A stretch of DNA of 24,532 nt, taken from positions 1 through 24,532 of the forward strand of contig JBDRWW010000014.1 of assembly GCA_039802605.1 (NCBI GenBank), written 5' to 3'. Of the stretch, positions 8,076 to 17,830 are shown piece after piece. How positions within the stretch are numbered: position 1 is the first letter of the stretch; every line of letters starts with the position of its first letter. The notes beneath the pieces are model-generated. The model ran no database searches. It saw only the letters and a program-made list of their open reading frames with translations, and was not told the DNA's origin. The stretch is from a candidate division WOR-3 bacterium (GTDB lineage: Bacteria; Hydrothermota; Hydrothermia; LBFQ01). A program made the translations under genes and the position numbers.

Positions 8076-8639
8076 ATGAGGATAGGTATATTGGGGTTTC
8101 AGGGTGATTTTGAGGAACACGGGAATATAATCCTTCAAATCGGGGCGGAACCCGTTTATGTTAAATACCCCGATCAACTAAAACATATAGACGCCTTAAT
8201 ACTTCCTGGGGGTGAAAGTACGCATTTTGCGAGGATTTTAACAAGATACGACCTGGGGGAATCCTTAAAGGAGTTTGAAAAACCAATTCTCGGGACATGT
8301 GCGGGGATAATACTATTGGCCAAGAAAATTGAAGGCGGGTATCCCGGATTTTCCCTTGAAAAGCTTGATATAACGATTTCAAGGAACGCGTACGGGAGGC
8401 AAAGGGAGAGCTTTGAGGATGAGGTTTTGGTTAATTGGGAGGGTGATGAAAGGGTTATAAATGGGGTATTTATAAGGGCTCCGAGGATAGTGGATGTTGG
8501 TAATGTTGATGTTGTAGCAAGGCTCCGCGACGGGGAAATCGTAGGTGTAAGGAAGGGTAATGTCATAGGTTTAACCTTTCATCCCGAACTTGCGGGTGAA
8601 ACCTTTTTCCACGAAAAACTCCTAAACCTCAACCTCTAA
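8076..8639 (+). CDS. pdxT: Pyridoxal 5'-phosphate synthase glutaminase subunit
   Basis: QGDFEEH, PGGEST, GTCAG, RNAYGRQRESFE, FIRAP, FHPEL. Confidence 0.93.
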   Translation: MRIGILGFQGDFEEHGNIILQIGAEPVYVKYPDQLKHIDALILPGGESTHFARILTRYDLGESLKEFEKPILGTCAGIILLAKKIEGGYPGFSLEKLDITISRNAYGRQRESFEDEVLVNWEGDERVINGVFIRAPRIVDVGNVDVVARLRDGEIVGVRKGNVIGLTFHPELAGETFFHEKLLNLNL

Positions 8640-9296
8640 GCTTCCATCCAAGAAAAGGACATCGCCGTTTCTTTTTAATGCCATTTTAATAGCGTAGGTT
8701 TTCCCCTTTAAATCCTTTAATATCCCAGGTATTTTGGGGTCTTTATGCGACGGTTTAAAAACCTCCGCATATGGATGACCTGCCACAAAAACCACAATCC
8801 CTTCTAACTTATTTAACTTTTCCAACTGTTTCCTCCCCCTAATGGTAATGGTATCCGGGTATCTGGCACTTTTGTCGTTGGGAAAGTAATAAACCGCACT
8901 CTTCAACTCAACCAACAAGCCCCTTCCATTGCCCTTAAATAGAAAGTCAAAAACCTCACCTTCAATCCTTACATTCCTTTTCACAAACACATAATCCTTT
9001 AAAAACGGAAGTAGGCCCATTGAATGGGCTTTCAAAAACATTCTTTCCTGTAAGTTTGTATCAATAAGTGTAAATTCATCGCCCTCAACCCGTGTCCCAA
9101 CGATCCTGTATTTTAACCTTTTACCCTTTATCGGCATTATCAAAACATCAACACCTTCAACCAAAAGGTCAAGTAGTTTTCCCGTATTGTTTAAATGAAC
9201 CCTTTCAACCTTTCCTTTTAAATCAACCTCGCAGACAAACCTGTTTAACCTTTTAATAAAAACCCCTTTGAGAACCCGAACATTATCAATAACCAT
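8622..9296 (-). CDS. sfsA: DNA/RNA nuclease SfsA
   Basis: KRLNRF, HLNNTGKLLDLL.EG, FDF, ELKS, YPD..TIRGRKQL. Confidence 0.85.
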   Translation of the reverse strand: MVIDNVRVLKGVFIKRLNRFVCEVDLKGKVERVHLNNTGKLLDLLVEGVDVLIMPIKGKRLKYRIVGTRVEGDEFTLIDTNLQERMFLKAHSMGLLPFLKDYVFVKRNVRIEGEVFDFLFKGNGRGLLVELKSAVYYFPNDKSARYPDTITIRGRKQLEKLNKLEGIVVFVAGHPYAEVFKPSHKDPKIPGILKDLKGKTYAIKMALKRNGDVLFLDGSLEVEV

Positions 9297-9328
9297 AAAA
9301 ATAAAAAAGCCGCCCCCTAAGGGGCGGC
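9297..9328 (-). terminator. Intrinsic terminator of groESL
   Basis: 8-bp GC stem GCCGCCCC/GGGGCGGC (9309-9316/9321-9328), 4-nt loop, then TTTTTTATTTTT on the minus strand, 26 nt after the groEL stop. Confidence 0.9.
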
Positions 9329-9354
9329 CAGTTTAAAGGTTTTTATCCCTTTCC

Positions 9355-10989
<1,635 letters not shown>

Positions 10990-11001
10990 TCACCTCCTTT
11001 T

Positions 11002-11316
11002 TTACTCCTCCAATATAGCGAGTATGTCGTCCTCGCGCATTATCAAATACTCTTCACCGTCAACCTTTACCTCGCTGCCCGCGTACTTGGCGAAGAGCAC
11101 CTTATCGCCAACTTTTACCTCCATAGGTATCCTTTTGCCATTTTCATCAAGCCTTCCCGGCCCAACGGCCACCACCACCCCTTTTTGGGGTTTTTCCTTG
11201 GCCGTGTCCGGGATTATTATGCCACCAGGTGTTTTTGCTTCTTCCTCTTCAAACCTCTTTACAACTACCCTATCGGCCAAAGGCTTGATCTTTACCTTGG
11301 TCTCTACCGCCGCCAT
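11002..11316 (-). CDS. groES: Co-chaperonin GroES
   Basis: [53 protein letters not shown]. Confidence 0.98.
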   Translation of the reverse strand: MAAVETKVKIKPLADRVVVKRFEEEEAKTPGGIIIPDTAKEKPQKGVVVAVGPGRLDENGKRIPMEVKVGDKVLFAKYAGSEVKVDGEEYLIMREDDILAILEE

Positions 11317-11366
11317 ATTTTTACCTCCTTTTTGGGATTTTTAACTTATGTTAACCGAACCACTCA

Positions 11367-11395
11367 ATAATGCCAAAATTACCCCCCTTTGTCAA
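11367..11395 (-). promoter_or_regulatory. Canonical sigma70-type promoter of groESL
   Basis: TTGACA (11395-11390), 17-nt spacer, TGG-CATTAT (11372-11367; extended -10 TGn). Confidence 0.75.
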
Positions 11396-11398
11396 GTA

Positions 11399-12367
11399 TC
11401 AAACCCAGTTGCCAATACCCCCTATGCTCAAACCCCTTACATACTCAACGGTTTCCCTAACACCATCCTCAAAGTCCCATTGGGGTTCCCACCCCAAAAC
11501 CTCCTTGGCCTTTCTGTTATCGGATATAAGGTTATGAACCTCTACCCTTTCGGGTCTTATGAGTGTTGGATCTTGGACCACATTAAGCTTTTTATTCAAT
11601 ACCTTTCCCACAACCCCCACAACTTCCAAAACGGAGATGCTTTTACCCGTCCCGAGGTTTATCTCATCCCCTCCCTCCGTTTCCCTTTCAAGGGATAGGA
11701 GTATCCCATTTACGGTATCCCTAACAAATGTGAAATCCCTTTTTGGATTTAAATTCCCCAATAAAACCTTATCGGAATTCAAAGCCTGATATATTATCCA
11801 AGGTATTAGCGCCCTTATTGATTGCCTAGGCCCAAATGTGTTAAAGGGTCTGATTATTAAGGTGTTAAGGTTGTAGGTGTAATAAAAACTTTTAACCATT
11901 GCATCGGCACCAACCTTTGAAGCCGCATATGGGGATTTGGGAACCCTTAGAGAGTTCTCGTTTAGGGGTTCATCGCTTCCCCCGAATATCTCGCTCGTTG
12001 ATGTATATACGAACTTTAAAACGCCGCTTTCAAGGGAAGCCTTTAAGATATTCGTAGTCCCCACAACATTGTTCATGGCAAAATCTATTGGGTTTTGGAA
12101 GGAATAGGGGACGGATATTTGGGCCGCCAAGTGTATAACATAATCAACACCTTTTGTAGCCCTTAAAACCGATGTATAATCCCTTATATCACCCCAAAAT
12201 ATTTCAATGCTCTTTAACTTTTCCCGCTCCAAAAACCTTAAATTCCCAATATAACCCGCGGAATTATACCTCAAAAAAACCCTAACGCTATAACCCCTAT
12301 TTAAGGCCTCTTCAACCGTATGGGAGCCTATGAAACCGCTTGCACCCGTTATTAAAACCTTTTTCAA
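11399..12367 (-). CDS. NAD-dependent nucleotide-sugar 4,6-dehydratase/epimerase (extended SDR)
   Basis: TGASGFIGSH, HLAA, STSEIFG, SPYAASK, RPFNTFGPRQS, RDFTFVRDT. Confidence 0.9.
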   Translation of the reverse strand: MKKVLITGASGFIGSHTVEEALNRGYSVRVFLRYNSAGYIGNLRFLEREKLKSIEIFWGDIRDYTSVLRATKGVDYVIHLAAQISVPYSFQNPIDFAMNNVVGTTNILKASLESGVLKFVYTSTSEIFGGSDEPLNENSLRVPKSPYAASKVGADAMVKSFYYTYNLNTLIIRPFNTFGPRQSIRALIPWIIYQALNSDKVLLGNLNPKRDFTFVRDTVNGILLSLERETEGGDEINLGTGKSISVLEVVGVVGKVLNKKLNVVQDPTLIRPERVEVHNLISDNRKAKEVLGWEPQWDFEDGVRETVEYVRGLSIGGIGNWV

Positions 12368-13239
12368 AGGTTGAACTCCCCCTTTATAACATTTATTTGC
12401 GCCTGTAAATTTGCCAAAAATGCGTGCATGGGTTGCCTTAAAGAATGCTTTTTGTATATGTCTTCAATAACCCTGTTTTTTATACCCTCCCAATGATCCC
12501 CGTACTCTTTAATCAAACCCTTCAAATACTCCGCATACCACAGGGTTGTTTCGTATGAGTTTTTGAGGTAATTTTTAACATTCACCTTTCCCCTTATCAC
12601 CATCTCGTGGGGTAAGCCGAGAACCTCTATATCCAACGAGGTTATAAACTGAATCCCCTTTATGTAATCCCCTAAACCCGTTAAGAATTGGGGTAATATA
12701 AAGGTGTTGTTATGGTTCGGAACCCCCACCGCCTCCCCCATAACCGCAATCATCTCCGGTTCTATGACAAAGGTAATGGTATCCCTAGTATGACCGGGCG
12801 TATAATACGCGGTTATTCTATGGTCTTTTAGTTCAAGGGTTTGCCCGTCATCCAAAGGCAAAAATTCAAAGGGTTTAAATTCGTAGTTTTTGTCCTTAAA
12901 TCCTACCATTTCCCCTTCCCTTAGGTTGAGTTCGTTTATGAGTTTTATCGCCCTTTCACTTGAAAAAACCCTATGAAAATACGGATGTGCGAACACCTGA
13001 GGGGAAAACTCGGTTATTACATAGGGAGCGCCACCTATGTGGTCGTAATGGGAATGCGTAAAGAAAAGCAAACTTATACCTATACCCCTTTCCCTTAAAA
13101 ATTCCGTTATCCTCTTCCCCCAATATGCCGTTCCCGTATCTATTAGCAACTTTCCCCCGACAAGATAAACGAAGGCGTAAGGCCCCCCGATTATTTCAAC
13201 CCCTCCAACCCTTTCGGATGTAAATGTCAAATCCCTCAT
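12364..13239 (-). CDS. MBL-fold metallo-hydrolase
   Basis: LIDTG, THSHYDHIGG, TPGHTRD, GEA, terminal LPH. Confidence 0.88.
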   Translation of the reverse strand: MRDLTFTSERVGGVEIIGGPYAFVYLVGGKLLIDTGTAYWGKRITEFLRERGIGISLLFFTHSHYDHIGGAPYVITEFSPQVFAHPYFHRVFSSERAIKLINELNLREGEMVGFKDKNYEFKPFEFLPLDDGQTLELKDHRITAYYTPGHTRDTITFVIEPEMIAVMGEAVGVPNHNNTFILPQFLTGLGDYIKGIQFITSLDIEVLGLPHEMVIRGKVNVKNYLKNSYETTLWYAEYLKGLIKEYGDHWEGIKNRVIEDIYKKHSLRQPMHAFLANLQAQINVIKGEFNL

Positions 13240-13245
13240 TATCCC

Positions 13246-15402
13246 TTAGAAGTTTGGGTTTAATTCGTATTCCATCCTGTACATAACCTTTAAACCCTTG
13301 TAATCAACCTCACCAACATTAAACATTTCCTTGAACCTATCAAACAAACCCTTTTGCTTGGGGTATATTACCACCTCGTATTCATCGCCTATTTTTGCCT
13401 CTCTTTTAACATACTCAATCGCATCGAGTATCCCCCCGAATCCGTCCGCAAGCCCTATTTTAACCGCATCAACCCCACTCCAAACCCTACCCTGCGCCAA
13501 CGAATGTACGGAATCTTCGGGAAGGTTTCTACCCTTTGCAACATGCCTTACGAACCTCCAATAGAAATAATCAACCAACTCCTGAGCCCTTCTCAGTTCG
13601 GTTGAGTCCATCTCCCTCCAAGTGGAATAGGCATCCGAATGGGGATAGAGTTTAACCACCTCCCTGTTCATACCTATCTTTGAGAAAAACCCACCGAGAA
13701 CAGGTTTTAATCCGAAAACCCCAATGGAACCCGTAATGGTGCGTTCATCCAAGAATATCTTCCTTGCTGGTGCGGATATGTAATATCCTCCTGATGCCGC
13801 AACACCACCCATTGAAACCACCACGGGTTTCTTCTCATCGGTTAGTTTTATCTCCCTGGCCATTATATCCGATGCCAAACCACTTCCACCCGGCGAATTG
13901 ACTCTTAAAACAACCCCTTTTATACTTTTGTCCTTTCTTATTTCCTCAAAAATTTCCTTTATGGTTTTACTACCCACGCTCTTACCGCCTATTAAGGGAA
14001 TGGGACTAAAAGAACTCTCACCATCAACTATACTACCTTCCGCAACAACAATGGCTATTTTTGGTACATCTTTCTTCCAAGCCCTGCTATCAACCCTTTC
14101 CTCACCCTTAAACCCTATACCCTTAACCTTCTCCTTTATCTGGTCATAATAAACCAAACCGTCTATTAAACCAAACTTTACCGCCTCCTCTCCGGATAGA
14201 TATCCGTAATTCTTAATAATGTTCTCCAAGGAATCCCTTGGTATTCCCTTACCCTTTGAAACCCTGTCAAGCCATACATCCCATGTGGTTTCCAAAAGCC
14301 TTTTTATCTGCTCCCTGTTTGCCTCGGAAAGGGTATCCTGTATTAAGGGTTCAACGGCGGACTTGTATTTCCCAACCCTAAAAACCTGAACCTTTATACC
14401 GAGTTTGTCAAGTGTTCCCTTTAAAAACTCAACCTCCGCATAGGGGCCTAAAATTTCAAAATCCCCTTCCGGTGCCATATAAACCTTACCAACGGAGGCA
14501 ACATAATAGGAGCCGAGGCCATAACCTTCCGCAAAGGAAATTATTTCCTTACCCCTTTCTTTGGCGTATTCTAGGATTTTCCTCAATTCATCCGCTTGGG
14601 CGCTTGAAAGGCCGAAATCGGTTAGGTCAAGGTATATGGTTTTAACCCTTGGGTTATCCGCGGCTTCCTTTACGGATTTTATGAAATCGTAAAATGTTTC
14701 CCCTTTACCGAAAAACCCCTCCCTCCCATCCTCCGTATAAGATCCAACCTCGGCCTTATAGTAATAGCTTTTCAATGCGGCCTTTTCGGTAAAGGGTTTG
14801 TCAGAAACCAAAAGGCCAAAGGAGGGTTTCTTTATATCCTTTAAGGGTGAGGATAAACCCAACCTCAGCTTCGAATATGAGAGCTCAATGCCCCCGAATA
14901 TTTCACCGTTATCCCTTATTTCCCCCCTTATTCCTAGGTATGCAATGGGTTGAATGTAAGCCCCCACTTTCCAGTTAAAGGTATCCCTTTTTATGTTTAA
15001 GGCATCGGCGTAAAGGGTTATGTATTCTTTGTAGGGCCTTATTCCAACCCCTGCCGAGAAGGAAGTTTTTCCATTAACTATGTTCATAACACCGCCAAGG
15101 GATAAGAAACGGTAATTTCTCAAAAGGAGGCCTATGTTATAGGATTTTGAGGTTATGTCATACCCGGCACCTATATAAACCCCACTTATGTTATAGCCGC
15201 TTGAAATCCCGTAAAAGTTTGAGTTCCCGACTCTGCCAAAGTATATGCCGGTATTAAAAAGGGAAAAATTACCTATAATTGTGGTGTCTTGGTATAGGAT
15301 TGAAAATTCCCTTCCGCCGTACCCCAGACCCGCGGGATTCGCTAAGAAGTTTCCTTTATAGGCCAACGCTACGGATGAAAGTTCAAAAAAGGGGTATAAC
15401 AT
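13246..15402 (-). CDS. sppA: Signal peptide peptidase SppA (S49, tandem 67K type) with N-terminal beta-barrel-like domain
   Basis: GKYKSAVEP (catalytic Lys), RVNSPGGS, SMGGVAASGGYY (catalytic Ser), TITGSIGV, AQGRVWSG; N-terminal ~200 aa with NPAGL and alternating amphipathic strands. Confidence 0.9.
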   Translation of the reverse strand: MLYPFFELSSVALAYKGNFLANPAGLGYGGREFSILYQDTTIIGNFSLFNTGIYFGRVGNSNFYGISSGYNISGVYIGAGYDITSKSYNIGLLLRNYRFLSLGGVMNIVNGKTSFSAGVGIRPYKEYITLYADALNIKRDTFNWKVGAYIQPIAYLGIRGEIRDNGEIFGGIELSYSKLRLGLSSPLKDIKKPSFGLLVSDKPFTEKAALKSYYYKAEVGSYTEDGREGFFGKGETFYDFIKSVKEAADNPRVKTIYLDLTDFGLSSAQADELRKILEYAKERGKEIISFAEGYGLGSYYVASVGKVYMAPEGDFEILGPYAEVEFLKGTLDKLGIKVQVFRVGKYKSAVEPLIQDTLSEANREQIKRLLETTWDVWLDRVSKGKGIPRDSLENIIKNYGYLSGEEAVKFGLIDGLVYYDQIKEKVKGIGFKGEERVDSRAWKKDVPKIAIVVAEGSIVDGESSFSPIPLIGGKSVGSKTIKEIFEEIRKDKSIKGVVLRVNSPGGSGLASDIMAREIKLTDEKKPVVVSMGGVAASGGYYISAPARKIFLDERTITGSIGVFGLKPVLGGFFSKIGMNREVVKLYPHSDAYSTWREMDSTELRRAQELVDYFYWRFVRHVAKGRNLPEDSVHSLAQGRVWSGVDAVKIGLADGFGGILDAIEYVKREAKIGDEYEVVIYPKQKGLFDRFKEMFNVGEVDYKGLKVMYRMEYELNPNF

Positions 15403-15407
15403 AAAAA

Positions 15408-15479
15408 TGGAGCGGAGGGGACTTGAACCCCCGACCCCCTGGTTGCAAACCAGGTGCTCTCCCTCTGAGCTACCGCCCC
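15408..15479 (-). tRNA. tRNA-Ala (TGC); CCA tail not encoded
   Basis: Reverse complement GGGGCGGTAGCTCAGAGGGAGAGCACCTGGTTTGCAACCAGGGGGTCGGGGGTTCAAGTCCCCTCCGCTCCA: G3:U70 Ala identity pair, CCTGG-TTTGCAA-CCAGG; terminal CCA is C71-C72-A73. Confidence 0.95.
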
Positions 15480-15490
15480 TTGAAGCGGGT

Positions 15491-15534
15491 ATTATAAGGC
15501 TGGGAAGTTTAAAAAACCTTTACCGCCTTAAAAT
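15491..15534. promoter_or_regulatory. Back-to-back -10 promoters for tRNA-Ala/sppA (TATAAT 15496-15491, minus) and trxA (TAAAAT 15529-15534, plus)
   Basis: AAACTTCCCAGCCT-TATAAT 11 nt before tRNA-Ala; AAACCTTTACCGCCT-TAAAAT 7 nt before the trxA ATG. Confidence 0.7.
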
Positions 15535-15541
15535 TCCCACT

Positions 15542-15847
15542 ATGAAGGACATAGATGGAAAAAATTTCTACGATGAAATTAAAGAAGGAGTGGTAGTTCT
15601 TGACATATGGGCGGATTGGTGCAGACCCTGTAAGGCGATAGAGCCGTACCTAAAAGAGTTGGAGAGGGAATACCCTTCCGTAAAGTTTGTAAAACTCAAC
15701 GCGGATGACTATCCGGAAATATTGCAGGATTTGGGGGTTATAAGCATCCCCACGGTTATATATTTTAAGGATGGTAAGGAGATGGCCCGTATAATCGGTG
15801 CCCATCCAAAGCATAAGTTTAAAGAAACACTGGAGGGTGTACTATGA
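15542..15847 (+). CDS. trxA: Thioredoxin (WCRPC); start corrected to 15542
   Basis: MKDIDGKNF...VVVLDIWADWCRPCK...SIPT...GAHPK, 101 aa; the ORF-track extension from 15407 is the antisense of tRNA-Ala. Confidence 0.9.
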   Translation: MKDIDGKNFYDEIKEGVVVLDIWADWCRPCKAIEPYLKELEREYPSVKFVKLNADDYPEILQDLGVISIPTVIYFKDGKEMARIIGAHPKHKFKETLEGVL

Positions 15848-17232
15848 GGCATGTTTTTAGGAAGTATGACATTAGGGGGATATATCCGGATGAAATAAAT
15901 GAGGATTTTGCTTATAAGTTGGGCGTGGCGTTTGGGCACCTGTTGGACGGTTATGGTGCGAGCATTGTGGTCGTGGGTGGGGATGTCAGAAAACACACAC
16001 CGCCTTTAAAAGAAGCTTTTATAAGGGGTTTAAGGCATATGGATAAGACGGTTGTGGATATAGGGACATGTCCTACACCCGTTATGTACTTTGCCGCAAA
16101 GAATATGAGGGTTCATGCCGGGGTTCAGATAACGGCAAGCCACAATCCAAAAGATTATAACGGTTTCAAAATAGTTTTGGGAGGAGATCCCTTTTACGGT
16201 GATGATATTCAAAAGTTATACGAACTCTTTTCAAATCCACACCTATCCCCAAAATACCCATACCCCAATGGGAAATTAACAAAGGCCGATGCTTTAAGCG
16301 ATTATATCTCTTGGATGGCAAAGAATGTGAAAATAACAAAAGAATTTAAATTTGGTGTGGATACTGGGAACGGAACGGCCGGCCCTGTGGTGGAAAAGAT
16401 TTACGGAAAGTTTAAAGGTTTGGAGTTTAAGGGGATATACTTGGAACCCGATGGGGATTTTCCAAACCACCTACCCGACCCCACGGTTCCGGAATATATA
16501 AATGATCTTTCAAAACTCGTGGTTTCTGAGGGTTTGGATTTTGGGTTTGGATTTGATGGGGATGCGGATAGGTTGGGTTTGGTGGATAGTAAGGGCAATA
16601 TGGTTTTTGCCGACAAAATTTTAGCCCTCCTGGCCAAACAGGTGCTAAAAGACCTCCCCGGTTCAACGATAATAATGGATGTTAAATGTTCAAAGGGCGT
16701 GAAGGAATACATAGAATCCCTTGGTGGAAAGGTTTATATGTATAAAACCGGACATTCACTAATAAAATCAAAAATGAAGGAGTTAAACGCACCAATTGCC
16801 GGCGAGATGTCTGGGCATATTTTCTTTAATTACAGGTTCTTCGGCCATGACGATGCCATATACGCATCTTTGAGGTTTTTGGAGATGTTATCAAACGAGG
16901 ATAAAAGTTTGGAAGAACTCTTACAAGAAATTCCTAATTACATTTCAACACCGGAAATAAGGGTTGAGGTTATAAACGACGAGGTTAAGTTCAAAATAGT
17001 GGATGAACTCGTTGAGGAGTTCAAAAAGGAGGGGTATCCGGTTATAGATATAGACGGTGCGAGGATAGAGTTTGAGGATGGGTTTGCATTGGTTAGGGCA
17101 TCAAACACCCAGAATGTTTTGGTTTTGAGGTTTGAGGCGAAAACCGAGGAGAGGTTGGAGGAATTTAAGGAGTTGGTTTTCGGTAAGTTGAGGAGGTATG
17201 ATGAAGTTAAACTTGAAAGCGCCGCGCATTGA
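15844..17232 (+). CDS. Phosphomannomutase/phosphoglucomutase
   Basis: FRKYDIRG, ITASHNP (phospho-Ser), FDGDADR, GEMSGH, VRASNT; SD GGAGGG. Confidence 0.93.
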   Translation: MRHVFRKYDIRGIYPDEINEDFAYKLGVAFGHLLDGYGASIVVVGGDVRKHTPPLKEAFIRGLRHMDKTVVDIGTCPTPVMYFAAKNMRVHAGVQITASHNPKDYNGFKIVLGGDPFYGDDIQKLYELFSNPHLSPKYPYPNGKLTKADALSDYISWMAKNVKITKEFKFGVDTGNGTAGPVVEKIYGKFKGLEFKGIYLEPDGDFPNHLPDPTVPEYINDLSKLVVSEGLDFGFGFDGDADRLGLVDSKGNMVFADKILALLAKQVLKDLPGSTIIMDVKCSKGVKEYIESLGGKVYMYKTGHSLIKSKMKELNAPIAGEMSGHIFFNYRFFGHDDAIYASLRFLEMLSNEDKSLEELLQEIPNYISTPEIRVEVINDEVKFKIVDELVEEFKKEGYPVIDIDGARIEFEDGFALVRASNTQNVLVLRFEAKTEERLEEFKELVFGKLRRYDEVKLESAAH

Positions 17233-17830
17233 ATACTTGGGTTTGGTTCCCTATAAAGAGGCTTGGGATTTACAGAAAAGGTTGCACCAAAAGGTTGTAA
17301 ATGGGGGTGAGGAGAGGGTATTGCTTTTGGAACACGATCATGTTATAACTCTCGGTAAATCTTCAAAACCCCAAAACCTCCTCTTCCCAAGGGAATATCT
17401 ATTAAGCAACGGTATAGAGGTTTATGAGGTTGAAAGGGGTGGGGATGCCACATATCACGGACCCGGGCAATTGGTGGGGTATTTTATTGTGAGGGTTAAA
17501 AGCGTAAAAAAGTTGGTTGATATGGTTGAAGAGGCGATAAAAAGGGCATTGTTGGAAGTTTATCCCTTTGAGTTTTCCGAAGGGCCTCATAGGGGGGTTT
17601 GGTTGAAAAACGGGAAGAAGATAGCATCAATTGGAATGGCGGTTAAAAGCGGGGTTTCTATGCACGGTTTTGCGTTAAACTTAACGACTGATTTGAGGTT
17701 CTTTAACCTCATAAACCCTTGCGGTTTAAACCCCTCAGTTATGACTTCTTTGGAAAGGGAAACCGGATTAAAAATCCCCCCTTCGGAGTTTTATCCGATA
17801 ATGGAGAGGGCTATTAAAGAGGTGTTTTAA
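17198..17830 (+). CDS. lipB: Lipoyl(octanoyl) transferase LipB
   Basis: LLEH..VITLG, ERGGDATYHGPGQLVGY, KIASIG, HGFALN, INPCG. Confidence 0.93.
   Translation: MMKLNLKAPRIEYLGLVPYKEAWDLQKRLHQKVVNGGEERVLLLEHDHVITLGKSSKPQNLLFPREYLLSNGIEVYEVERGGDATYHGPGQLVGYFIVRVKSVKKLVDMVEEAIKRALLEVYPFEFSEGPHRGVWLKNGKKIASIGMAVKSGVSMHGFALNLTTDLRFFNLINPCGLNPSVMTSLERETGLKIPPSEFYPIMERAIKEVF

Noticed and set aside
7869..8177. 102-aa minus-strand ORF
   Set aside because: Overlaps both tRNA genes and pdxT; the translation is tRNA-derived.
8622..9296. sfsA as an archaeal-derived or defence nuclease
   Set aside because: Cannot be supported without a phylogeny; no defence genes nearby.
11351..11376. Possible CIRCE or HAIR operator (TTGGCATTATTGAGTGGTTCGGTTAA on minus)
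   Set aside because: Only one half-site resembles either consensus, and the length is 26 rather than 27 nt for CIRCE.
15407..15541. 45-aa N-terminal extension on thioredoxin in the ORF track
   Set aside because: It is the antisense reading of tRNA-Ala plus the promoter region; the thioredoxin fold begins at ATG 15542.
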